Virus record (IMG/VR): IMGVR_UViG_3300024249_000008 | Location: 1 to 51,055 of that record | Source: a virus | Taxonomy: Duplodnaviria; Caudoviricetes | Reading direction: 5' to 3' (one strand) | Length of the DNA: 51,055 nt | Shown here: positions 16,176-24,839 of the stretch, in pieces | How positions within the stretch are numbered: the first letter of the stretch is position 1 | Layout: each line of letters begins with the position of its first letter | The notes under the pieces: model-generated | What the model was told of the DNA's origin: nothing | What the model saw: the letters and a program-made list of their open reading frames with translations, nothing else | Database searches by the model: none | Made by a program: the position numbers and the translations under genes

Positions 16176-17096
16176 TTGAGCCTGTCTAATTTTATTCCAA
16201 CATTATGGGCTGATACGATCTTAGCGGCATTGCAAAAAAATCTCGTATTTGGTGCATTATTTAACACCGACTACGAGGGAGAAATAAAAGCTTACGGCGA
16301 TTCAGTTAAGATCAATGCCATTGGTGATATCACAATTAGCTCATACACCAAAGATACAGATATTAATGCTCCTCAGTCATTAACAGATGCGCAAACGATG
16401 TTGACTATATCTCAAGCGAAATATTACAATTTTGCGATTGACGATGTAGATCAGATGCAAGCGCATCCACAAGTCATGAGCGAAGCTTTGCGGTGGGCTG
16501 GCTATCGCATGGCTGATACGATGGATCAGTATTATGCTGGCTTCTATGTTGATTGCCCTTCTGTTAACGCCATTGGCACTAGCGGTTCTCCTGTAGTCGT
16601 GTCTGCTGGTACTGCTGCAAACGCAGGTGCAGGTACAACAGCATTTGACTATATCGTCGCTCTTAACCAGTTGTTGACTCAATCCCTGGTTCCCAAGACT
16701 GGTAGGTGGGGTGTGGTTCCTCCGTGGATTGCGGCTCTGCTCACTCAGGACGTACGCTATACCGGATTTGGCACACAGCAATCTCGTGCAACAATGATGG
16801 ATGGTGATCTTGGTACAGCCGGACAGAATGAAGCCTATATTGGTCGTATCCAAGGAATGGACCTCTACGAGTCAGTCAATGCTCCTCACATCGGTGGTAC
16901 TCTAGGCGCTAGTGGTTCTCAAGACGTAATTTATGCAGGTCATAGCATGGCAATCACGAAGGCAGAGGGACTTGTCAAAACCGAAGCCTACCGACCTCCA
17001 ACCCGTTTTAGCGACGCTGTGAAGGGCCTTTGCTTGTATGGTGCAAAAACTGTAAGACCATATGCTGTGGCAGTGGCCTATGTACAACATCCATAA
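16176..17096 (+). CDS. major capsid protein
   Basis: FIPTLWA..., DYEGEI..GDSVKI, C-terminal GLCLYGAKTVRP; TTG start with AGGAG RBS. Confidence 0.92.
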   Translation: MSLSNFIPTLWADTILAALQKNLVFGALFNTDYEGEIKAYGDSVKINAIGDITISSYTKDTDINAPQSLTDAQTMLTISQAKYYNFAIDDVDQMQAHPQVMSEALRWAGYRMADTMDQYYAGFYVDCPSVNAIGTSGSPVVVSAGTAANAGAGTTAFDYIVALNQLLTQSLVPKTGRWGVVPPWIAALLTQDVRYTGFGTQQSRATMMDGDLGTAGQNEAYIGRIQGMDLYESVNAPHIGGTLGASGSQDVIYAGHSMAITKAEGLVKTEAYRPPTRFSDAVKGLCLYGAKTVRPYAVAVAYVQHP

Positions 17097-17120
17097 GCGG
17101 ATAGAAGGGAGATATAAGCT

Positions 17121-17582
17121 ATGGCAAGAACTACTCTAACCCCAAAGACTTTATCATTCAATGGTGCAATTGTTAATATGTTGAATGATGGCACAAATTT
17201 CACCGCTATTGACAATACTAACGGTATGAGCATTCCTATTACCTCTACAGGTATCCCCGCAAACAGCAATATCGATCGTATGATCCTGTTGGTTTTGAAC
17301 ACCAACAGTACAGGCAGAACTGTAACAGTACGCTGTGCAACTAGCGATGGTGGAGCAGCGAAGACTGGAGCTGGCACTGGCAATGGTCCTGCATACACAT
17401 ATCCAGGCTTTGAAGGTGGGCGTGGCGATCTGACAACCTCTGCTATGACAGGAACTACGGGTATTGGTATCATTGGCCCTTTTCCCGTTGCCAGATATAT
17501 GCAGCCTGATGGGTCGGTTTCGGTGGATTTTTCGGGGGCAACGGGCTTTATTGCAGCTCTCATCTTACCTAGAACATATTAG
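17121..17582 (+). CDS. probable capsid decoration protein
   Basis: MARTTLTP start, beta-rich, follows the capsid gene. Confidence 0.6.
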   Translation: MARTTLTPKTLSFNGAIVNMLNDGTNFTAIDNTNGMSIPITSTGIPANSNIDRMILLVLNTNSTGRTVTVRCATSDGGAAKTGAGTGNGPAYTYPGFEGGRGDLTTSAMTGTTGIGIIGPFPVARYMQPDGSVSVDFSGATGFIAALILPRTY

Positions 17583-17602
17583 CATAATAAAGGTATTACG
17601 CT

Positions 17603-17851
17603 ATGTCTAGTACATGGATGAGACTTGCGAGTGGTCGTGAGGAATTAATTGTACATCCCGACCACATTGCAAGATTGCTTGATGAAGGTGGGGTAATTAT
17701 CCCTGATCCTAGAGTCCCTGTCAGTGAACAGGTTGAGATAGATAATCCAGTGGTAGAGGCAACTGAAGCCGTAGAACCTGCTCAAGAAGGCGATACTATG
17801 GCTTCAGAGACGCCAGTTCGTAAGCGTGGTAGACAAGCTAGACAGCAATAG
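17603..17851 (+). CDS. hypothetical head-associated protein
   Basis: Position; basic C-terminus. Confidence 0.6.
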   Translation: MSSTWMRLASGREELIVHPDHIARLLDEGGVIIPDPRVPVSEQVEIDNPVVEATEAVEPAQEGDTMASETPVRKRGRQARQQ

Positions 17852-17863
17852 TTAAGAGGTAGT

Positions 17864-18532
17864 ATGGCAGTACGTTCGTCAATGTCAGCGTTGATTTCAA
17901 AAGTAAGACTGATGATTGCTGATCCTTTAAGTGATAGCCCGTATTTTCAGGATCAGGACATTCAGGATTACTTAGATGCAAACAGAGACGACATACGCTA
18001 TGAAGGCTTAACTATTGCTCCTAGCATTGTTAGCAACTCTCATACCAACAATACGCCACAAACTATCTTTGCAGACTATTACAGCAAATATGGTTGGTGG
18101 TCGAGTGATGTTGTACTTCAAGGTACAAACTCAAGTGGTAATCCCTGGAAGGTGCTTACGCCTGTTGCATCAGAGCTTCTACTAGATATGGCTCATTGGC
18201 AATTTGAACTTGATGTGTACAACACGGGTACATCAGTACCGGGACAATTGCCACCAATCTTTGCAACTGGTTTCACGTTTGATGTATATGCCGCTTCTGC
18301 TGATTTACTAGAGATTTGGGGCGCTTCTCTTGCGTGTGCGTATGACATTACGGTAGATGGGCAAAGTTTAAGACGTTCGCAACTCATGACCGCAAAACTT
18401 GCACTTGCTGAAAAGTACCGAATGAAGGCAAAACCGAAGCTATCCAAGATAGTCAGAGAAGATGTACGAGCACCTATCTCTAGTAAGAAAATACGCTTAC
18501 TTGATGATGAAGATATCTATCGTGGTTTCTAA
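17864..18532 (+). CDS. head-tail adaptor
   Basis: VRLMIAD...FQDQDIQDYL...VYAASADLL pattern; synteny. Confidence 0.7.
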   Translation: MAVRSSMSALISKVRLMIADPLSDSPYFQDQDIQDYLDANRDDIRYEGLTIAPSIVSNSHTNNTPQTIFADYYSKYGWWSSDVVLQGTNSSGNPWKVLTPVASELLLDMAHWQFELDVYNTGTSVPGQLPPIFATGFTFDVYAASADLLEIWGASLACAYDITVDGQSLRRSQLMTAKLALAEKYRMKAKPKLSKIVREDVRAPISSKKIRLLDDEDIYRGF

Positions 18533-18549
18533 ATGGAGGATGATGGAAG

Positions 18550-18672
18550 ATGACAGCAACTCATAAGCATCACCATACAGCACATAAGGCACATCATCAC
18601 CCAAAACACCATACTCATCCGAAACATCACAAACATCCTGCTCATCATCACCATCATGCAAAGAAGAAATAG
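18550..18672 (+). CDS. 40-aa His/Lys-rich micropeptide (not in ORF track)
   Basis: GGAGG RBS; MTATHKHHHTAHKAHHHPKHHTHPKHHKHPAHHHHHAKKK; fills the intergenic gap. Confidence 0.75.
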   Translation: MTATHKHHHTAHKAHHHPKHHTHPKHHKHPAHHHHHAKKK

Positions 18673-18684
18673 CGAGGTAGAAAG

Positions 18685-19053
18685 TTGTCTTGTGGTCCTA
18701 CGGCTGCTGAATTGGCACAAATACAAGCCGATGTAACTAGCCTTGTCTGTGATAAGACATGTTCTATCTATCGCAAATCTCGTGTGTCTGATGGTATGGG
18801 TAGTGCTACGGAGACATGGGGACTTGTCGAAACAACAGTTGTTGGTATGGTGCAACCTAGCTCTGGACTCTTGAGCAACTATGACTATTTAATAGGTAGC
18901 CTGTCAGCTTGGCAGCTTCATTTCCCAGTAGGCATAGATGTGCAATATCAGGATCATGTAGTCGTAGAAGGTAACACGCTTGAGGTCCACGTTGTCCTTG
19001 AACCTCGTAGTTATCAGGCTATGTTAGTTGTGTTGGCTGCGGAGATTAAATGA
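18685..19053 (+). CDS. head closure/stopper protein
   Basis: DGMG...W motif; synteny. Confidence 0.7.
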   Translation: MSCGPTAAELAQIQADVTSLVCDKTCSIYRKSRVSDGMGSATETWGLVETTVVGMVQPSSGLLSNYDYLIGSLSAWQLHFPVGIDVQYQDHVVVEGNTLEVHVVLEPRSYQAMLVVLAAEIK

Positions 19054-19451
19054 TGTCTGAAGACTTTAACCACTTTCCACAAATAGCCAAGCAGTTAGAT
19101 AAGGCTCTTAGTCAGGTGGTAAAGACAACAGCATTCAAAGCTCAGGCTAACATTCAATCTCAGATACAAGCAAACGGACAAGTAGACACAGGTTTCATGC
19201 TGAATTCAGTGTACACAGTGACTAGTGATGGTAGTACGTATAGTGGTGGTGAGCACGCATTGCCAGAGGTTGAAGCGCCTCCTGACGATAAGACAGCTTA
19301 TGTAGCAGTAGGTGCTTCGTATGCCATTTTTCAAGATATGGGTACTAGGTTTATACCTGCTAGGCCGTTTTTTGAACCTGGAATAGATGCAACACGATCA
19401 GACTTTGAGGCTGCTTTGTCTGCGGTTGAATCACAGTTAGGCGGTAGTTAA
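19050..19451 (+). CDS. HK97 gp10-like tail-completion protein
   Basis: VDTGFMLNS...YAIFQDMGTRFIPARPFFEP. Confidence 0.85.
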   Translation: MMSEDFNHFPQIAKQLDKALSQVVKTTAFKAQANIQSQIQANGQVDTGFMLNSVYTVTSDGSTYSGGEHALPEVEAPPDDKTAYVAVGASYAIFQDMGTRFIPARPFFEPGIDATRSDFEAALSAVESQLGGS

Positions 19452-19882
19452 TGTCCACAGAAGCGGCTATTGGTTTCACTTGGCTCTATTCGACGCTTTC
19501 AAGTGATCTCCAATTGACAGCATTAGCACCTGGGGGAGTATGGAGAGGGCTAGCACCTCCCGAAAGTCAAACACCATTTATTGTTATGAGCCTGCAGAGT
19601 GGACTTGACGTAACAAGCATGAATGCATTCAGAATCCTAGTTGAATGTACCTATCTTGTTAAGGTGGTAGGGCCAGCTTCAGAGACAACAACCATTATGA
19701 GTGCTGCTGATAGGCTTGATGCATTGATAGGCAGTCCTCCTACATCGGGTACAACAAGTGATGGCGCGGTGTTGGCATCATACAGAGAATCGCCAATATC
19801 AATACAAGAACTGGTAAACGGTGAATTATTTGAAAACGCAGGTGGCTTGTATCGGCTACAAATAGAAAAGAAAACAAGCTAA
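19451..19882 (+). CDS. tail terminator (DUF3168-like)
   Basis: APPESQTPFIV; synteny. Confidence 0.75.
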   Translation: MSTEAAIGFTWLYSTLSSDLQLTALAPGGVWRGLAPPESQTPFIVMSLQSGLDVTSMNAFRILVECTYLVKVVGPASETTTIMSAADRLDALIGSPPTSGTTSDGAVLASYRESPISIQELVNGELFENAGGLYRLQIEKKTS

Positions 19883-19924
19883 TAGCTTTAATATAGATGT
19901 GTAAGTGTTGAGGAGGTGGTTTAG

Positions 19925-20929
19925 ATGACATGGACGGCTGAAAGAAGCTCGGTTTCACAGAAAGTACAAGTGGGTGCTGAAGCAACAAGTGCTTTGGGAA
20001 CTCCAGTAGCAGCAAATAAGCTATTAGAAAATTACACGTTCCAATTCGGTGTGGAAGCTGATGTACTGTTTTACACGCCAACAGGTCGCAAGTATCCAGC
20101 CGTTCAAGAGGAGAATAAAGAGTGGACTGCTGGTACAATGTCAGGCACACTTGACTACAACTCTGTCATCTATCCTTTAGCGAGTGCAATGGGGTCTGTT
20201 GCTCCTGTGGCACATGGCGCATCCTCCACGGCTAAAGACTGGATATTTACACCGCCATTGACTGGAAGTGTTGTACCTCAGACTTACACGTTTCAACAGG
20301 GAGACAGTGTCAGAGCACATCAGATAGCCTATGGTTTGTTTCAACAGTTCGGATATAAAGGCGATAGAAGCAAATTTGAGGTGTCAGGGAAAATCATAGG
20401 ACAACTGTTATCTGATGGTATCACAATGACAAGCAGCCCTACGGTGGTTGCTCTTGCCCCTGTGGTTGCGAAGCAAGTAAACGTGTTCCTTGATCCTACC
20501 TTTGGCGCTTTAGGTACAACTAAGCTTACTCGTGTCCTCTCGATTGATTACACAATGGATAGCATCTATGAACCGTTATGGGTGCTTAATAGATCTACTC
20601 CGAGTTGGACAGCACACGTTGACATGGCCCCAAAGTGTACAGCCAAACTAAAGGTAGAAGCTGACGCTAACGGTATGGCATTGTTAGGCTATCTCCAAAC
20701 AGGTGCTACATATTTTATGCAAGTCGATGCTCAAGGCTTAACGATTGACTCGCCAAACAGCATTGTGAATGAATTCAAACATCAAATGGCAGTTAAGGTA
20801 GGCAAGCCTAGCACTTTTGCAGATGACCAGGGGGTGTTTGCGATTGAGTGGGAACTAACGATTGTCGAAGATGCAGGATGGACCAACAGCCAGATTTTCA
20901 CTGTAACCAATCTCATCACTGCACTTTAA
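19925..20929 (+). CDS. major tail tube protein
   Basis: Size, beta-rich composition and synteny. Confidence 0.82.
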   Translation: MTWTAERSSVSQKVQVGAEATSALGTPVAANKLLENYTFQFGVEADVLFYTPTGRKYPAVQEENKEWTAGTMSGTLDYNSVIYPLASAMGSVAPVAHGASSTAKDWIFTPPLTGSVVPQTYTFQQGDSVRAHQIAYGLFQQFGYKGDRSKFEVSGKIIGQLLSDGITMTSSPTVVALAPVVAKQVNVFLDPTFGALGTTKLTRVLSIDYTMDSIYEPLWVLNRSTPSWTAHVDMAPKCTAKLKVEADANGMALLGYLQTGATYFMQVDAQGLTIDSPNSIVNEFKHQMAVKVGKPSTFADDQGVFAIEWELTIVEDAGWTNSQIFTVTNLITAL

Positions 20930-20941
20930 GAAAGATCATGT

Positions 20942-21304
20942 ATGCCAATATCATTTAATCAAATTGCCAATAATATTGCTAAAACTACGTTTCAATACGG
21001 TGAAGATACGATCACCATTGAATATTATCCAGGTCGCATTACAGAGAAGACATTTGCACAACTTAATATGTTTACAAACATTGACGAGAACTCACTAGCA
21101 TCTTCGTTTGAAGCGTTCAATGAGGTGCTATCGAGTCTGATTAAGTCGTGGGATGTCTACGATGATGATGCTCAGACCGTCATGTTTCCTACAACTCCTG
21201 ATCGTCTCTCAGAACTGCCTATCCCGTTCCGTTCGCAAGTGCTGCAGGCTATTCTAGGAGATGTAAAGCCTGAAAATTTTCAGACGGCACCAACGTTGAA
21301 CTAA
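20942..21304 (+). CDS. tail assembly chaperone (G-like)
   Basis: Follows the tail tube gene; IKSWDV motif; slippery heptamer near the 3' end. Confidence 0.8.
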   Translation: MPISFNQIANNIAKTTFQYGEDTITIEYYPGRITEKTFAQLNMFTNIDENSLASSFEAFNEVLSSLIKSWDVYDDDAQTVMFPTTPDRLSELPIPFRSQVLQAILGDVKPENFQTAPTLN

Positions 21305-21507
21305 TAGCGTTACGACGTTACTTGGTGCTAGAGCAGGAAACAGAGACGGCATGGTGTCCAGACTGGTATGCACATATACAAGCAGCAAAGTATTTAGGCA
21401 TCGATCCTGGAAAACTTTTAGAGTTGCCAATCTGGTGGAAACAAAAAGCGTTTGTAGCGATGACAGCCGAAAATGAGGCCCGCAGGATCTTAGAGAAACA
21501 TCAGTAG
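21274..21507 (+). CDS. -1 frameshift extension of the tail chaperone (GT-like)
   Basis: A AAT TTT heptamer at 21274-21280; -1 frame open (FSDGTNVELIALRRYLV...) to 21507. Confidence 0.78.
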   Translation, partial: KFSDGTNVELIALRRYLVLEQETETAWCPDWYAHIQAAKYLGIDPGKLLELPIWWKQKAFVAMTAENEARRILEKHQ

Positions 21508-21528
21508 TGAGAGTGTAGAGGTGGTGGA

Positions 21529-22800
21529 ATGACAGTACCAGCAGGTACAGGGGCATTAGAAGCGACACAGCAATCAGTGCTATCTCAGTTGCAATCAGGC
21601 ATCAATGTAAGCGTAACAGGAAACACGGTTGCTGATACGGTTGCTACAGGCACTATCACGGCTGCACAACCAACAGCAGGAACCGTAGTAGCAGGCGGTA
21701 CAGTTTCCATCACGCTAGGAACTGGTCAAGGAACCTGGGAGGCTCAACTCACAGGGACATTCTCATCAGGTACTACGATTGTCTTTGAAGGGACCGACGA
21801 TACAGGCACTACGACTAACTGGTTTGCAACGGTAGGCTACAATACTACTCTTACCAACCCGCCAAATATTACCTCTGTAGGTGGTCCTGGTCCGTTCGTG
21901 GTTCGTGGTTCTGCATCAGGCTATCAGCAAATCAGGATGAGGGCTAGTGCTCTTACTGTCTCGGATAGTATAGCAGTACGCTTGATTGGAAGTAATGCAC
22001 CTCTGGGATTGGGCGGGCTTTCAACGAATGATGGAAGTTTTGCTAAGGAAACGGGCGGCAATCTTGCCTCTATCAAGTCCGATGCTGATAGTATTGTTAC
22101 TAACACAACAGGACTAGCTACTCAGAGTACTCTAAGTGCAGCTAAAACCGACCTCGATAGCATTCTCACTCATGAAGCAAACATTGATACAGCGACAGCG
22201 GCATCAAAGACCGATCTTGACACGATTGTTACGCAAACTGCCACACCAAATATATCAGACCGTTGGGCGCGTCAGGTTGGGCAAGTGGACATTGCCCGTG
22301 TACTTGGATCGGCTCTTTCATACAGCAATCCCCTTCTTATACAGGATTTTTTGCGGGCCGCCATTATCGCGGGTATAGGATTTGGGGCGTCATTTGCACA
22401 GCAAACTTCAGCTAGTTCCATATCGGTTGGATATTCTATCTGGAATGCAGGAACAAACACAAAAACAATTTATCTTTACTCCCTGCGTGTTGGGCAACAA
22501 TCGAGTAGTTACACATCTATCTATCTTACAACGGCTAATCCAGCACTTACTACTAGCGTTACGCCTGCTAGTACAAAGGCAGGAAGCGGAAATGCAAGTA
22601 TTGCAACCGTTACGTATCAAAATACAACCACATCATCAAGTGGAACATTTCTTTCTATTGGCCTTGCTCCTGGTAGTGCTCTTACTGAATTGCTGTCTAA
22701 TGGAGATATTATCACTCTTCCTCCCGGCAACGGATTGTTATTACTTATTCCTACAAGTTCGAGTACATGGTCAGTGTACGGGAAATGGGTGGAAATCTAA
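21529..22800 (+). CDS. Thr/Ser/Gly-rich virion structural or adhesin-like protein
   Basis: Beta-rich domains separated by short KTDLD coiled repeats. Confidence 0.65.
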   Translation: MTVPAGTGALEATQQSVLSQLQSGINVSVTGNTVADTVATGTITAAQPTAGTVVAGGTVSITLGTGQGTWEAQLTGTFSSGTTIVFEGTDDTGTTTNWFATVGYNTTLTNPPNITSVGGPGPFVVRGSASGYQQIRMRASALTVSDSIAVRLIGSNAPLGLGGLSTNDGSFAKETGGNLASIKSDADSIVTNTTGLATQSTLSAAKTDLDSILTHEANIDTATAASKTDLDTIVTQTATPNISDRWARQVGQVDIARVLGSALSYSNPLLIQDFLRAAIIAGIGFGASFAQQTSASSISVGYSIWNAGTNTKTIYLYSLRVGQQSSSYTSIYLTTANPALTTSVTPASTKAGSGNASIATVTYQNTTTSSSGTFLSIGLAPGSALTELLSNGDIITLPPGNGLLLLIPTSSSTWSVYGKWVEI

Positions 22801-23711
22801 TGACCCTTAATTTTCCAACGGATGGACATGCTGCCTATGAAACAATCCATACAACCGATCCTACAGCTCATTCTCGATTGGATCAAATAGCATCGGCAGG
22901 TTTTCAATATGTCCTCAACTACACGCTGATTTATGATCATGCTAGTGATATGATCTCTTACATTAACTATGCTTACAGTATAGGCTTAAAGGTGATTGTA
23001 GCCTTAAACAGTACGGTTATTTGGCGAGACTCGGTAACAAATTCTAATGCTATTCAAACAACATTCCCACGAATGTATGCTGACTCTGGCAATCAAAATA
23101 CTGACACAGGTTTTACTACGTATATCGTAAATCAAGTTAAGAATTTGCCCGGCCTATGGGGGTATTACCTTGCTGATGAAGTGGTTAGTGCAGATCATGC
23201 CAATGTACTTACTCATGCCAACGCAGTAAAGGCGGCTGATCCTAATCATCCACGCCTCATCATCGAAGCGGCTTCTGCGTTTACAACAAGTGCCTGTTTT
23301 AACAATACATCCTTGATGTATGATTGCTGTGATGTTATTGGAGACGACTTTTACCCTGTTGGTGATCCTAGTGGATACGGAACGTTGACGACAGCACAGA
23401 TAGCATCAGGCATTCAAAACTATTGCAATCTTCACTCTCTTGATTCAGCAATTGCCATACAAACATTTAGCTGGTCAGCATATGGGCGGCCTGGACAACC
23501 CTGGCCTACACAGGCGCAAATGATGCAATTCCGCAATGATGCCATGTCTAATATGTTTCCTCGTCTCATTCTTTGGTATTCCTATTTTGACATAGCTAAT
23601 CCTGCAAACAATGCTCCAGCCCTTGAGTGGACTTATGTTCGTCAGGCACTACAAGGACATAGTGAGATTGTTATGTTCCCCAGTGCAGTGAGGAGAGGGT
23701 TGCGTAGATGA
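22800..23711 (+). CDS. glycoside hydrolase-like TIM-barrel protein
   Basis: LWGYYLADE, AADPNHP, DVIGDDFYP; TAATG overlap. Confidence 0.75.
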   Translation: MTLNFPTDGHAAYETIHTTDPTAHSRLDQIASAGFQYVLNYTLIYDHASDMISYINYAYSIGLKVIVALNSTVIWRDSVTNSNAIQTTFPRMYADSGNQNTDTGFTTYIVNQVKNLPGLWGYYLADEVVSADHANVLTHANAVKAADPNHPRLIIEAASAFTTSACFNNTSLMYDCCDVIGDDFYPVGDPSGYGTLTTAQIASGIQNYCNLHSLDSAIAIQTFSWSAYGRPGQPWPTQAQMMQFRNDAMSNMFPRLILWYSYFDIANPANNAPALEWTYVRQALQGHSEIVMFPSAVRRGLRR

Positions 23712-24496
23712 GTACATATTCCTCTTTGATCCTTGCAGAAACTTCTCTCATTGCTTACTATCGCCTAAATGAAGCAATGGGAAAACTTGCACATGATCAA
23801 TCAGCAAATAAATATCATGGAACAATCAACAATAATAATGGTCAGCTTGTGGGAGTTACACTACAGCAACAAAATGCCATTATCTCAGATCCACTTGACT
23901 ATGCCATGCTTTTTAATGGAACCAACGGCTACATCACTCTTCCATCAGGTTTGAAAACAGACGGGCTATCAGCATTAAGTGTGGAATTCTGGGTGAATCG
24001 TTCAAGTAATTCATCTTCTTTTATGTTCGTGCTGTCAAATGATAACAATCCAACAAGCTCTCACCTTGGTTTTCGTGTTATATTGTCTCTTCCATCCGAT
24101 GCTAGTATTGGATATTTTGAAATGGGGAACGGTACAATAGGGGCATCAAGACGCATAGGCTCATCAAATCTTAGTGTTTTCTATGGGAACGTTGTTATTG
24201 GTTCCTGGTATCATATCGTCTGCGTTTATGATGGTACACAACTACTAGCCTATGTAAATGGAATCCTTGATCAAAATAGCAATCCAGCACTTACAGGTAC
24301 TATTGGAACAGCCACCCATCCTCTTTACATTGGAGCTAGCCCTAGTTTAGCAAGTAATTTCCCTGGTTTAATCGATGAAGTAGCTATTTATAATGCGGCT
24401 TTATCTGCCTCAGATGTACTTGCGCACTACCAAGCAGGAACATATGGACAAAGCGGTATGGCACTTTTCCCCTCTACTTCAAGGAGGCAATCATAA
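23708..24496 (+). CDS. LamG/concanavalin A-like lectin
   Basis: IAYYRLNE...WYHIVCVYDG...YVNG...IDEVAIYNAALS. Confidence 0.9.
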   Translation: MSTYSSLILAETSLIAYYRLNEAMGKLAHDQSANKYHGTINNNNGQLVGVTLQQQNAIISDPLDYAMLFNGTNGYITLPSGLKTDGLSALSVEFWVNRSSNSSSFMFVLSNDNNPTSSHLGFRVILSLPSDASIGYFEMGNGTIGASRRIGSSNLSVFYGNVVIGSWYHIVCVYDGTQLLAYVNGILDQNSNPALTGTIGTATHPLYIGASPSLASNFPGLIDEVAIYNAALSASDVLAHYQAGTYGQSGMALFPSTSRRQS

Positions 24497-24825
24497 TGGC
24501 ATATCAGCCCTGGTATGTTGGGCAAAATTACCCAACCTGGGATATTCCTTTGATGACAGATTTGGGACCGGATGATCTCACTAGCGTCAATGTCAACACT
24601 TTCCAAATGATCTTCCGAGATGCACGAGGAAATGACACGATAGGAACAGGGACATTCACAATAAAGATTGTCTATCCTGCAGAGATCCTATACAAGCCAT
24701 CTATAACAGATGTATCTCAAACCTTCAATGGCACTCTTATTATCAAAGCATGGTTTCCACCATCGGGAACCTCAAGCGATACCGTTGTGTGGGACCCTAT
24801 CCCTTTTCAAATTTCACCAGCATAA
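24496..24825 (+). CDS. BppU N-terminal-like adaptor, paralog 1
   Basis: GQNYPTWDIPLMTD...EILYKPS; paralog of 30208-30552. Confidence 0.6.
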   Translation: MAYQPWYVGQNYPTWDIPLMTDLGPDDLTSVNVNTFQMIFRDARGNDTIGTGTFTIKIVYPAEILYKPSITDVSQTFNGTLIIKAWFPPSGTSSDTVVWDPIPFQISPA

Positions 24826-24839
24826 GGGAGACAATGTAG

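Noticed and set aside
18529-18855. Met-rich minus-strand ORF
   Set aside because: Reverse complement of the His-rich (CAT) peptide gene
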